Origin: Chlorokybus atmophyticus
Lineage: Eukaryota; Plantae; Mesostigma and Chlorokybus algae
Reading direction: 5' to 3'
Length of the DNA stretch: 64,000 nucleotides
NCBI GenBank assembly: GCA_009103225.1
Contig: RHPI01000260.1
Location: 568,203 to 632,202, forward strand
The notes under the pieces were generated by a model. It made no database searches. It saw only the letters and a list, made by a program, of their open reading frames with translations, and was not told the DNA's origin. A program made the position numbers and the translations under genes. Positions 1 through 13,000 of the stretch are shown piece after piece; position 1 is the first letter of the stretch, and each line of letters begins with the position of its first letter.

Positions 1-111
1 GATGCGGAATCCAACGCATCGCAAGCATGACTGTTTACAACTACTGTTGTGCAGCATCGGAGCTGAGTCAATGGTTGCTGAGATCAGTACTGTGTTGTGA
101 CAATGTTACAG

Positions 112-3100
112 ATGGGGGAGCCGGGTGACACTGCACCTCCTGGCACGCAATGGATGACACGTTTTCGCTCGCTGCGTGCCGTGCTGCGCATGGCTTTGAG
201 CGATGACGGTGATGAAGTTGAAGAGCTGCACCGTCTCTTGCTCGATCAAATGGAGAAGGGGCACGTGATTGTGCTTTCAGAACTATTCCAAGGAGACGAC
301 GACGAGGTCGTCGACAGATTGAAGGACTTTCTTCAACGGCGGCGGCGTGGTATGTATGTACTTAGCTGTAACTCCGTTTGTGCAGTCGTTCCTTGCTTGA
401 ATCAAGGTTATAGCAATACCTGTGTCTCTGACAGACATTGAAGAACGTCGGCATGGTATGACTTTGCTTTGGATTCGTTAGTGCTTCCTTACTAAAAATC
501 AGTTATCCTAAGGCCTTTGTCTCTGACAGCAAGTGCAGAACGTTCTGCAGCATTGGAGTGGTCGAACAAGCTGGAATCATTGGTCGCTTCTGGTCTGCTC
601 AGCACAGCTGATAGGGATACCATCAGGGATGGCTTGCTCAGGCTCTCATTGCAATTTGGCAGCCGTTACGTACTCGATACGCACGTCCGCGGTACTGATG
701 AACACATTGCAGACAACCTGAAGACCACCTTCATCCCGGCTACTCCTGGTAACCCCCAAACCTTTGTCTTGGGTGATATCTGGTGCTTTGATTCGTGCCT
801 GCTAGCGTCCCTTGCTGAAGGAAACGTTATGCCAATGCTTGTCTCTGACAGGAAATGAAGAACGTTCTGCTGCTCTGGAGTTGGCCAACAAACTGGAAGC
901 ATTGGTCACGTCTGGTCTGCTCAGCACAGCTGATAGGAATACCATCAGGGATGGCTTGTTGAGGCTCGCATCACGATTGGGCAGCCGCTACGTACTGGAT
1001 ACGCACGTCCGCGGTACCGATGAACATATCGCAGACAACCTGAGGGCGACCTTCGTTCCATCCATTGCTGGTAACCCTTTGTATCGTGTAACAGCTGCTG
1101 CTGCGTGAGTTCATTCATGTTAGCTGGCTTCTTCTCTCGTGTCATGTCATTGTCTGAACTGGATGTCCGAGCATTTCCAATCACTTATAATTGACCGGTG
1201 TCTGTACAGCGCTTCCAAGAAGCAGGTCGAACGCCAGCACCTACAGCGAGTGGGTGGCGCGAGGGCTCGCGCCAATGCATGCCGAATTGCTGGGCTGCCC
1301 AGAGCTGCCGGCATGGAGCGCATCTTTTGCCAACATCTGGCAACTTAGAGAAGCTGCCTTGCTCAGTCTGCGATGCCATATAAGCGAAGTAGACAGTGAG
1401 AGGCGCGAGGGTCAGGATGCGTACGAGGACATAGGACGACTTGTACAGACCATTATCCAGATCTTGCGCGATGACCGCAACGGCGGCATTGTGCATATCA
1501 ACAAGAGAAGGTCTGACCTTCTTTCCCCAGATATTGCTTGGTGTGGCTTTGACCGTGAGGTACGGTTGGAGCTGCTGCTGTATCAAACCTGCATGTGTTT
1601 ACGTGTTGTCTGTCATCGCAGGCCCAGAACTCGAGCTTGTTGCACCACCATGTTTTGTTACTGATAGAGTATAAAAGGAATTTGCGAGGGCACGCGCAAA
1701 ATACCGGGTAAGTCATAGAAACTGACTTGGGCGTATAAGCAGCAGATACTTGTGAAGGATTGCATGTGTAGTGCACCCAAGTTGGTCTGTTTGTCATGTT
1801 AGGCTGGGGCAGCTCATATCAGGAAGCCTGACCGCTGCAACTGCGCGCAAAAATCAGCCCTTCCAACTGCCTTGCGTCGTACTGGATAGTACGAGTTTAC
1901 AAGCGGCATGTTTCCAGCACCGTCCAAATGGATTGAACATGACGCGGTTTGTACATGGCCGACAAACACTTCAATATGCCGAGTCGCCCGAGAACGGTCG
2001 GTGTGAGGTGGCTACCTACACAACAGGGTTCAAGGTATGGTGCGCTGCCGTTGAGACATCACCATGCAAGTTGCATGGTCATGAAGCCAACTTATCGGGT
2101 GTTGTCCTGGTTGTTTTGCAGGATCTTGTGTTTGCCTGCTACCTAGCTTTGCAGTTTGCGATTAACGGTGCGGCTGAGGCAGTGATGGCTACGCGCTTCC
2201 ATGAGGGGGAGAGCGTACAGGTGCAGACTGACAGCAGTCTGCACACCTTTGAGGTTGTTGAGGAGCTGGGCGAAGGCGTCTGCGCTGTACGGAGCAGTGC
2301 GGAAGAAGGGCCAAGCACCTTTGGAACATGCCACCTTGTTCTAAAGGTTGGGCCACGCCCTGAAGACCTCGCTACAGGGAGGCGCTTGCACCTCGATGTC
2401 ATGAAGTGGAGTCAGGTACGCGCAGCGCGCTAGTAAGCAACTGATGTTGGCTTGCATGCGGATCAAGCATTATCCTGTGGTTGTTGTGTTTACCTTGTGC
2501 CAGCAAGCTATTGCTTGTGGTCGTACTAGATTACCTACAGTTCCCTACAGGGTTGGGACCTCTTGCGTGCATTATTGCAACAACAGTTCAAGGTGTTAGG
2601 GCTAATCTCTTTTAGTTGATATATATAGGCGCCGAACAGCTGATACATGTTCCATGCGTAAGTACTTGCCGTTTGCACATGCATGCCAGCCAAGCTTGTC
2701 GACAGAGAGCTGAGCTTTGCATTTGGGCATAGCGGTGTTAAGGTCACATGACTTATTGTCATTGCCTGCCTGTGGTGCTTGTAGGTGGAGCGAGAAGTTA
2801 AAGTCCTTCTGCACCTTGGCCATCACGCTCAGCCAGGCTTGCCCACCCTGGTTGCGCATGGCACTATGGCATCTTTGGGATCAGGCGCCTCCAGCGCTCA
2901 TGCGGCGCTAGTTGGAGCAGGCGCCATCGTGACACCGCTCCGCGGGCGCCCGTTACACCCGAGCGGCCGGAGCCAGCTCCCAGTCCTTCAGCCATCCGCG
3001 CTCCTGAAGCTGGCTGCTGATGTGCTCGAGAGCCTGTCTTTCCTGCATGCAAACGGAGTCCTCCACAATGACGTGTGTCCTGAAAACATCGGCATAGCGG

Positions 3101-3645
3101 CGGGCTTGTCGACTCCAGCAGCACAAGGCAAGGCCGTGACCGGGTCCGGTGGGTCAGAGCTACTGTCCTCATCCTGCTCGTTCTATCTGTTTGACCTTGG
3201 CACTGCCAGCTGCCCGGCTCTTGGCTTGGAAAATGCAGAGCTCTTAGGGCGTCGCCTGTACTCTTCCACGCGATGGGTGATGCACGGCTCAAACACACCT
3301 TCCGGAGACATTGAAGCGCTCATGTACACCTGCATGGCGCTATCGCGGCGCGAGCCCCTACCATGGGCCAGCGCAGTGGAAGACATTATCCAGCTCTACA
3401 ACTTGCGCTCCCGGCTGATGCGACGTCCGGAGAGCAACCCCGTGCTGCAAGCGTGGCCACCACCCTTACGGCACGTCGCCAAGGAGGTGTTCGCTCGTGG
3501 TCTGCTGAAGTATGATGGAGACGATCCGGTAGCATATGACAAGTGGGTGCGATTGCTGCGTGAAGGCATCCGGACGCAGGTGGAGCGAGAAGAAGTTGGA
3601 GCTCATGCACCTGCGGGAGAAGTAACCGCCTCTTGTGTGCTCTGA
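112..3645 (+). CDS. Crinkler/CR-like protein K0: helical repeat headers + PD-(D/E)xK nuclease-like domain + CK1-like protein kinase; 9 exons, 839 aa, apparently intact
   Basis: Manual splicing (112-349, 435-455, 530-748, 852-1070, 1210-1559, 1622-1707, 1803-2034, 2122-2415, 2785-3645) gives 2520 nt in one frame with GT-AG introns. Motifs: PDIAWCG, LLIEYK, LGQL (nuclease-like); VLKV, EREV, HNDVCPENI, DLG, DIEALMY, LPW (kinase). The kinase call is firm; the Crinkler assignment is inference. Confidence 0.7.
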
Positions 3646-4364
3646 TGATGATGGCACGCGAAGCATTGATTTTGCGCAAAGTTTGAGCACGCACTACATG
3701 GTTGCCGTATCACTATCAAGAAATAGTCTCACTGTCCTTGTGCATGCTAGGTGCAATACCAATGCAAAGCTCGTGCTTGGGACGCATGTGATGCGTGTGC
3801 AATAGGCATGGTAGCTTTTGACAGCTCCATGCTTGCATGCCAATGTAATACAGGTGGTGGAAAGTTGTGCAGTGCTGCTTCAAGTTTGTGCTTACTAACA
3901 TACCGTATATAGATGAGGGTGAAGCAGTATGTTAGAATGCATCAACTGCTGCAACTATCAAGGCGGCTGACATGCACGACAAATCAGCAACAGTAGGACC
4001 CTTTCAGATCGTGACAAAGCACTATCACACCTCATACCGCGCAATCTGATATGGACAATGCATATGATTATGCCTGCTGCTCATGCGGGAAGCAATACTA
4101 CCACAAAGCCGGTGTGTTGTGGTTCCACTCATACATGCTCTTGAGCCGAACGCCGCGGCGCGATGTGCATGAACCTGACCTATGAGTCTCTTACAGCAAT
4201 GCTTGTACATGCATGCCCTTTGCAAACTGGGCTTCACGCAGGCTGAGTGTACTTGAAACTCAGCAGCACACCCCACATCCATGCAAGATCTTAAGCAAAC
4301 CACTTGGAGTCAGTGTATATATTCAACCAGCATTGAGCAAGCTACAAGAACGTCTCATAGCTGA

Positions 4365-7087
4365 CTAAACAGCAGCCAGGCCCTTGACCTTGGCCAGAAT
4401 CATGTCATCAGCAGTGAAGTCTGCCGCTTTCCTGAATGTGCCCCTCCCAAAGTCCTTCTCATAGGAGTCTTTCAGACCCGCAATCAGGTCAAACTCCGGT
4501 GCCCAGTCGAGGTCCTTCTTTGCCTTCTCGATCGATGTGAAGAAGTGCTGATTGCACAGGACAGGTGTTTAGACAACAACGTGCAGGCTGATGATGACGA
4601 GCATGACCAGCTCCATGGATGATGACGAGATAATACTCTGTGCGTATGTGTGGCTGTGTGCGTGCATGTGTCTCACCTGATCACGCAGGGGGAAAGCCTT
4701 GGCCTTGCCAAAGTCATATTCCTTGGGGTTGTAGTGCACCAACTCCGGCGGGGGTGCTCCTGCCGCCTGCGCAAACAAAAACAATTCAGTCACCTCAGTG
4801 CACAACTTGAACGCATGAAGCCTCAGGCACATAATGCTTCAGTGTGCCAGAACACATACACCTCCAATGACGGATGCGTTGGCCAACCGTGACACACACA
4901 ACCCACACATGGCGTACCTCAGCGCACGCGCGTGCAATGCCGGAGAAAGTGACATACTTATCGCCGGAGATATTGTACACCTGGTTGTAGGCCTTGGAGT
5001 TGCCGAGGGTCAGGACAAACGCCCGTGCCAAGTCCTGCAGGACAGATGTTGAGACAGAGACAAAGACAAAGACGCACAGCCACACCTTTGCGGATGCAAC
5101 CACCCGCGCTCGCATACAAGCGGGCACATGCACGCGTGTGCATGCTCCGATGCGAATGCAATATGCACGCGTGCGCACACACCCACCTACACACCATTGC
5201 CAACTTTTGCAGGCGTACATACCCACGGGCACATGCACACAAACGCCCACACCTGCACTCAGCCAATAATGTCTCCTCACCTTGACGTGTCCAAGTTGTG
5301 TGATCTGCAGTCCAGAGTTGGGGACGGGGATGGGTCGCTTTGCGGCAATGCGGTGGAAGAACCACTCCTCGACGGGGTTGTAGTTGAGCGGGCCGTAGAT
5401 GTACACCGGCCGGACGCTCGTCCAGGTCACGCCCGCGCTCGAAAGATATGACTCCGTGTCCAGCTTACCCACGTGACGCGACTTAGGATCCACAGCATCC
5501 ACCTGAGTGGGCATGCATGTTGGGTTTGTGTAAACACACTACTTAGACCCACTGAGCCAAAGATGTTACTGACGGTGGATGTCACTGTGGTTGATTTTGT
5601 TCTTGTTAAATTGACATCTCGCTTGCTGTTGGATGCGCACCAATGCATGCGATTTGCTTTGTGGTGTATGTGTACCTCAAAGTGAGGCATCTCATCTGAC
5701 TTGAGGTACACCCCAGCTGACGAGCAGAAAATGTATCTGCGCATGGCAAGCAACATGGGATGTCATTGTTCTACTTAGTGTCCTTTCAACCATGCTTGAT
5801 ACATGTATACTACCATCTGTACAATATGAACAACGCCATGCATGGACAGAAATTTTGCTGCTTTCTTACTGCTCAAGGTCAGGAAGCGCCTCAATGATAG
5901 GCTTTGTCTCTTCTGCTTCGCGCCCTAAACCCAACACAATGTGATATGAGTAACGATCAAAATGTATGGGACATTTACTGGCAGGTTGTGCAACTTGGAC
6001 AACGGGACAATTGTATTGGCACCATTGATATCGTAGACAATGTCAAACTTGTTCTTGGACAGCGCGTCCTTCACAGCAGCAGAGTCCTTGCGATCGCCCT
6101 TCAAGTGCTTGATCTGCAAGTTAATTTTAACAAGTTGGCGTCACATCACTTATGGACAGGAGTCGTGAGTAGTAGTGGCAGCAATCTGCACGCACGCTGC
6201 GGGAGTACTTCTCGAAGCTTGCGTCGGTGTCGTCTGGAATTTGCTGCGCGATCGGCTGCTTGCCTCTAGTGAACAACGTGACCTGACACGTGCAACCACC
6301 TTCTTTTCAGCAGGAGGTTCTAAAAGTGTGTGCGCGACGTCGTGGCCAAAACAGCTAGGTTGTGATTGTAGTTGTAGCTCGCAGTGCCATCTGCGTGTTT
6401 GCGTATGCTGACACTTGCGAATGCGCACATGCACGCGCAAAGACCCAAGATTTACACATGGTCACATGCGAACACAGGCATACATGCCAGCGCACACGTG
6501 CACCCAGAATATACACATGGTCACATGGTCACATGGGCGCCACTAAATAAACAACCCGTGCAAGCCTGTGGAGGTGACCTTCACACAATACAGCATTCTT
6601 CTGCTTGCTCAACGCACGCTGGTAACATGTGTGCGTGTGGGTGCTTGTCTTGTGCAAGTAGGTAAGTTCCTGCAATGCCCACCTCATGGCCTTCCTCAAC
6701 GAGCATGCGGGCGAGATAGAGTCCGATGAAGCGTGTGCCGCCCATCATGAGAATCTTCTTTTTCTCTCCCGCCATCATCACACAGGTCAGCGCCCCTCCC
6801 CTGTTGCTAGCCTGAGGCCTCGTCGCAGGCATGCGAGCTTGCTGTACACAACACACACAACATCAGCCAAAGGCAACTCTTGCAGTCAGTAAAGCCCGCA
6901 TTGCAGCCAGGTCCGACCAGGCCACAGCTCAGGCTGGCCAGGGCGGTGAAGTTTATGCAATGTCAAATTTGGTTCTTACCAGCTGGGCGAGCTGAGCATG
7001 GTGTTTGGACGAAGAGCGGAGCACTGAGCCGGTGCCACGCTCCAAGCGCAGGCCTGTTGCTGCGGACATGGTCGTCGCCGCCGCCAT
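4365..7087 (-). CDS. CSP41B: Chloroplast stem-loop binding protein CSP41b (NAD-dependent epimerase/SDR fold), intact copy
   Basis: Exons encode KKILMMGGTRFIG, YIFCSSAGVY, VRPVYIYGPLNYNPVEEWFF, TQLGHVKDLA, FPLRDQHFF, KDSYEKDFGRGTFRK. N-terminus is Ala/Ser-rich and transit-peptide-like; catalytic-domain exons splice in frame. Confidence 0.95.
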
Positions 7088-7559
7088 GGTTGACGCTGGG
7101 CCCAACACTGCCAGCTAGGATTTCTTTTGGTAGAGAAAACTGATCCACAGGCTGAGGCTCTGGTTTTCAGTCCGGAACGGAAGGGCTAGCGGAAGCTTCC
7201 GCTGCTGTGCTTTCTGAATCCAGAATCTTTTGGCGACTGCGTCACAGGGAGTACCAGTGATTGTAAAGGAATTTCCATCTCAGATTACCTATACCCCCAT
7301 GTGAATCTGATATTTATAAATCTTAAAATGAGAGTGCTCTTTATAAACAAGCTCAATCGCATGAAGTGATTACGTAAGTACGTTACAAGCACTCTCATGT
7401 TAAGAGCGCCTCTTTTGAATTCGTTTTGCAATATGATTGTAATACTTTTGCGATATGTAGCAAAGGTCAGCAAGTGTTTGTATCTTGCGATTTGCAACGG
7501 TCGACGCTTATCTTCAACACGCAGATAGAGTAAGGTTGTTGTTTATGAGATTACTAGGC

Positions 7560-8125
7560 AGAGGATACTGAGCAGGAATGGGATGCCAAGCCTACTCAAG
7601 TTGGGTGACAATTGTGTGCAAGAGGCCCCTGCGTGTGCTCGAGATCTTAAGGGCGCGCAAACAAATACTACACCGCAAATGGGACAGTGCAACACGAAGC
7701 GATATCATTGCCAGTATTGGGGCCTGCCGGTAGTGGGGCCAGCAGTTTAAACTTGGGAAAGGACATTCTTGAAGGCTTGGCCTTTTAGCATTCGCGCGAC
7801 ATCTCAGATGTCACTGTGCCGGTTGCACAACAACATGTGCCCATGGAGTGTGGGCATTATGGAGGGCGGCAGCCATGACACCTCCTCTTCGCCTAAGTGG
7901 CTCCTGACCTAGGAGGCGTCTTCCTCTCAGACGGATGTTGAGTCGCTATTATACACGTGCATGGCGCTATCCTTGTCAACGCCGCTGCCATGGGAGGAGG
8001 CCGTGACAGCGGTAACTTGCTGTTGATCAGCCTCCACCGCACGCGTCTGTACATGCACCCGGAAGAGAATACGATAGTGCAGAGCTAGCCTCATTCGCTT
8101 TGGAATGTGGCATCTTCGATTGCAT
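7560..8125 (+). pseudogene. Degenerate fragment of the CR-like kinase domain, closest to K2
   Basis: DNA aligns by eye with the reverse complement of ~48420-49030 (e.g. gtgcaacacgaagcgatatcatt; atggagggcggcagccatgacacctcctcttc). Contains stops and deletions. Confidence 0.8.
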
Positions 8126-8159
8126 TGCATTGCATTTAAGCATGCGGATGCGCGCTGGT

Positions 8160-9320
8160 CTTAATGTACATGGTAGAGGGCAATGCCAAAATCTTCGTCT
8201 TCCCCTATTATAACGGAGTTTACTCAAGTAAATTAGCCCATTTCCTTTTTATTAGACACAAAACTCCAACATTAGATCTTATGCACGTCCAAATAGGTTC
8301 GCGCCATATGTAATACGCCGACAAGCGTCGTGCCATCACCGACACGGCATTTCTTGCATTTTCCTTCCACTACGCAATGTCCTTTGTATCATTGGCGGCA
8401 ACTACCCACATCACATGGAGTATCACCAACAACGAAAAGCAGCCAACCATGTGTTTGCAATTCACAAAGTGGATAAGCACTTGCAAAGTAATACTATAGA
8501 GATTTATGCACTGTGGATGCCTATGAAAGAGAAGCCCCTCTAGAAGCACAATGGCCTTCACAACCCTACTTGTTTGTATTGGTCTATGCTACCTGCATAA
8601 TTTTAACATATGCAAATGAGTGTGAGATATGTACATATAAATCTCATCAACCATAAATGAAACAACGCACATAATAGCAAAATGTACAACATACGTGAAA
8701 TCATTGACGAGTGACAAGTAAGTAGCAAAGCTCAATGTGCACCATGTTAGTCACCCAATTTAAGATTAAATGATAATAGCAAGAATGTAGTAATGTGATA
8801 AATCAATTCAGTATATTAACTCTTTATTCGAGACAGCATTGATAGATATCAAGTATTGCGAACAATTGCAATTGTATAAGATCAATTTGGTTGTTGTTAT
8901 ACAACTCTTATGAATGTCCATACATGACCAACATGACTTTGTGCTTGTCAATGGACAAATGATGGCTCCAACATTTTAATTGTTTTCGAACATCACTTAA
9001 GTATGATCATGCTTGAATTAATAAGCATAATTCTTTCAGCTATGGGGAATGTAATGCCAATTCATCAACATCGCAACATGTCTTCAAAACGTGCAAGTGT
9101 ATTTCCAATAGCGTATGTGTACAAAGATAACGAGAAGCGTAATATGCAAGCATTCCAAACTTAAAGCGTAGTTTGTAACCTCATTGCATCACAATGCAAA
9201 AAGCTTTACTACATGAATATGATAAATGAACTATCCATGTTGTATCAAGCAAGCGTAAACGAAGCAATAGATCTTAGCAATCAACACTGTAACAATATCG
9301 TATTACCGTCGTTTGCTAAT
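8160..9320. other. AT-rich, non-coding island (possibly an old decayed repeat)
   Basis: Visibly AT-rich against GC-rich flanks; no credible ORF. Confidence 0.4.
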
Positions 9321-10003
9321 GTTAGCGGATGCACATTTGCATTCTTGCATACAACATATACAACCGTAATCACATGTCAATAATTATGAACTCCGTTTGT
9401 TCAGCAGCTTGGCGATCATCCAACTTGCGACATTTGCGTGTGCACATTGCGCGAGTGTGTGTGTATGCAAGTGTGCAAGTGCAAATGCTTGCGTGTGTGC
9501 CACAAGGTAGTGCAATTGCGAATGGATAAGGCATGCAACATGGTGTTGTGTACAGGAAGCATACGGGCTGACCATAGCTCTGCATTCATGTGAAGAGTAC
9601 AACTTCTCAGCCGAGCGTGTTTACATTCAATGACAGCATGAGCCACCCGCAATAGCGCAGATAATGTTCACAGACATGCGACGGGTCGTGGCGTGTGCAT
9701 TTGTGGATGCCATAACTCTTGCCATATATAGTGGATTATGTGGTGAATGCTATTTTAATACCACCACACAACCAAAGCCCACTAAGTTCAGTGCAGGTGG
9801 AACGGTGCGGACGGTAGAGGGTCAACCCACCTGCACAAGCGTGGATGCATGCGTTATCTGCTGCGAGCGCATCGCTGGAGTAGCCAATGGCGCTTCCAAT
9901 TGCAGGTATGTACGCAGCAATCATTGCGACACAATGCATAACTTATCAAAGAGCTGCATAAACCCACACGTACGTGTATGCTAATCAGTGGATGACAAAA
10001 CCG

Positions 10004-13000
10004 TCAAGGATGATATACATCGAGCTGGCTGAATGATGCTAGGTCGCAAATGGCATTGAAAAAACTCTTGGGGTAGATAGGTGGATTCTCCGCAAGTGCT
10101 TGATGGAACAGGACTGTGCTTGGTGTCATGCCAGGCACGGTGTTGGCCTCTATGACCATGACTTCACCGGTGTCCGCATGCACAAAGGCATCGATCCTCG
10201 CAAAACCCCTCAATCCCAACGTGTGGGCCGCCAATTGCAGGCGCGCTTGTGCCCGTCTCAACGCTTCTGTGCTAATAATCTCAGGAGGGGGTGGCGTGAG
10301 GTTTACGCCAGTGCCACCCTGCAATCACATGGCACTCATGTCAACATCAACTCACTTTCAACTCAACAACATTTTGACTTGTGTACAACAACATACAAAC
10401 CTGAAACTTTTCTTCCAATGACAGCACGTCGCCTGACTCTCGCACAGTAATGCTGAGTGTGAGGGCACGCATGGCGCGTTCCATGCCGAGCATGCCGCAC
10501 GTCACCTCCACCCAACGACTCTCCCCACGCCACAGCAGCTGCCCGTCTTTGCCTATGGTGATGCTGTCCGTGATGATGAACGGCTCAAGCAGCAACACGG
10601 CAGGGGGTGGCTGCGCGATGTGAAGATATCAATGACAAGCACATTCGCACGTGCATGCACACAAACACGTGTGCGCTCACACGCACATACAGCTGTGAAC
10701 ATATGCCTGAATGTGGTGTGTCATCTGTAAAAATACACAGCCAGTACATGTCTACCTGCGGCATCTCAATGATGGCGTGGCGCTGGCTGAGAGCACCAGG
10801 CAGCAGGCGCGGTGCACCCCCTGCGACCGCTCTCGCGTAAACCAACAGGTCGGCTGCGGAGCTGAGGCGAGCCACACCTGTACTGCAACCGTCTGAAGCC
10901 GGCTTGATGCACAGCGAGCTGGCACCAAGCTGCTTGGTCAACCTCTGCAAACACAACAACAACAACAACATAGCATGTTAGACTGTTAAACAACGAATGA
11001 GAGTACAAGAGAGGGGATGAAGACTTAGCACACACTGTGTGCAAAACCCACATGTCCCCCAACCAAAGTTTGAGAAGAAATAATAACCAAAGCATGCACT
11101 ATCAGGTACCACATTAGCATGTACACGGAGCTTACCTCCCACAGCAAGTCTGCTGAGGCGTCTCGGCCGCTGGTGCTCGCTTCGCACAGCTCCTGCAGCT
11201 CTCCGCGGCTGAGCAGTTGCTTCGCAGCAGTGGTCACGCCCTTGTCGGCGAGGCCGGACAGCGCCGTTGCCGTCGCTGCCTTGTTCATGCAGATCTGCGA
11301 AGACTCAGGGCCCGAGCCCGTATATCGCACGCCAAACTCTTCAAGCACCGCCTGAGAGCAACATATCCAACACAAGCTCACAAGACTTGGGCAAGATAAC
11401 AACTCCGCTTAACTTGTAGACTTGTGGTGTCAAACATGTTGTTGTCACCTGCAAGCTGCCGTCTTCACCTTCGCCGCCATGGACAGCGATGAACACGATG
11501 GCATTGGCGGCATGTGCTTCATGCATGAACTCAGCCAGCTGCATGCGATGAGGAGGAGCGGTGAAAGCTGGATTGATTGGGAGGCCGAGCTCTTGACGAA
11601 TACCGGCGCGCAACGCTGCAGTTTGCGTTGCTGTCTCCTCCTCAGCCAGCAAACGCTCGCACCCCTCAACCACCTCTTCCACGGTGTGTCGCAACACTGA
11701 TGCGTAAGGGAGAGCCCACACAGTCTGGGGCAAAGGCACAAGGTTAGTGTGGTTTTGCTGTTTAACATGCCAGAACAACAAGCGATAAAGTCGTGAGTAC
11801 CTGTTGTAAAAGGTCAGAGCCACCTCCAGGAGCTAGCAGGAATGGTCTTGGCTCATACTTGTCGCTTTCAAGCAGCTTGAGCCACACATTTGTGCCACTG
11901 AAGTTGACATGCTTGAGTCCAAGCACTGACATACACTCCACATCATAGGTGCATGACACACAACACACCTGATGAGGGACACCTGGCGTTCAGAAGTTCT
12001 GCCGCCGAAAATGACAAACACGGGTCGCTTGCTCTTGTTTCTACTTGTTGCTGAACTTTGAGGCCTTGCCATTGAGGGAGGGAGACGAATGCCGGCACGT
12101 GCGCAGCTGCCTTCCAACAAGTAGCGAAGCACGCTCGAGTGAGACAAACCCACTTCGGCTGCTTGTTGGAAGAAAAAGCTGGTCTGTTCTAATCCAGATA
12201 CAAGGTTGATATCGGTAAGGACGATCGTGCCGGATGCAGTGCGGCCGATGTCGCCGCCAATCCTATGCGTGGTGCTCGGCAGCAACCAACCGTCCATGCG
12301 CGCGACATCGCGCAGACCCAACGCTGCAAAAAGGCGTGACGCGCACTGCCGGATGGCCGCGGTCTCCTCTGCGCTGAAGCGAGGAGGCGTGTGGTAGCGC
12401 ACCTGTTGGATGGCACTGTGTAAAGTGAGACCGTTGCCGAGCAAGAGATAAAAGATGCCTGTTGACTACCAACTCATCTTACTTGTTGAGTAGGTAAGTA
12501 CTTCTTCCTGTAGTTGAAGATGGACACTTCATCACTGCCACCGTCAACAGCGAGCAACTCTACCTGTGAAACCACACAAGTTAGTGGGCCTTTTGCTCCA
12601 ACACACCACAGTATTACTACATCAACGTTATGTATTACGGACTTGACCACCCCAAGCTATCTACCTCAGTAGGTATGAGGGTCACGGGCTTGGATTCATC
12701 AGCCCCGTTCACTTGCACTCGTGACTGAAGTACAATTGCTGTGAACTCGCGTCCGCCATGGGCATATTGCTCGACCACTACTCGTGTGTCAATCTCCTGC
12801 GTACAAGTAATTGCGCGATTTGTGAGGGAGTGCAGTGATTGAACCACCACAGCTGAGCAATACTATCAAATGCACCTCTTGCAAAATCCAATGAGCATGC
12901 GCGATAGCATCTTTCATGCCGCGAGCAACCTTCACACCAACACTGGAACCCGCACGTGCCGGCTTGACCTACGTTGGAGACGAGCTGTTGACGGCAAGCA

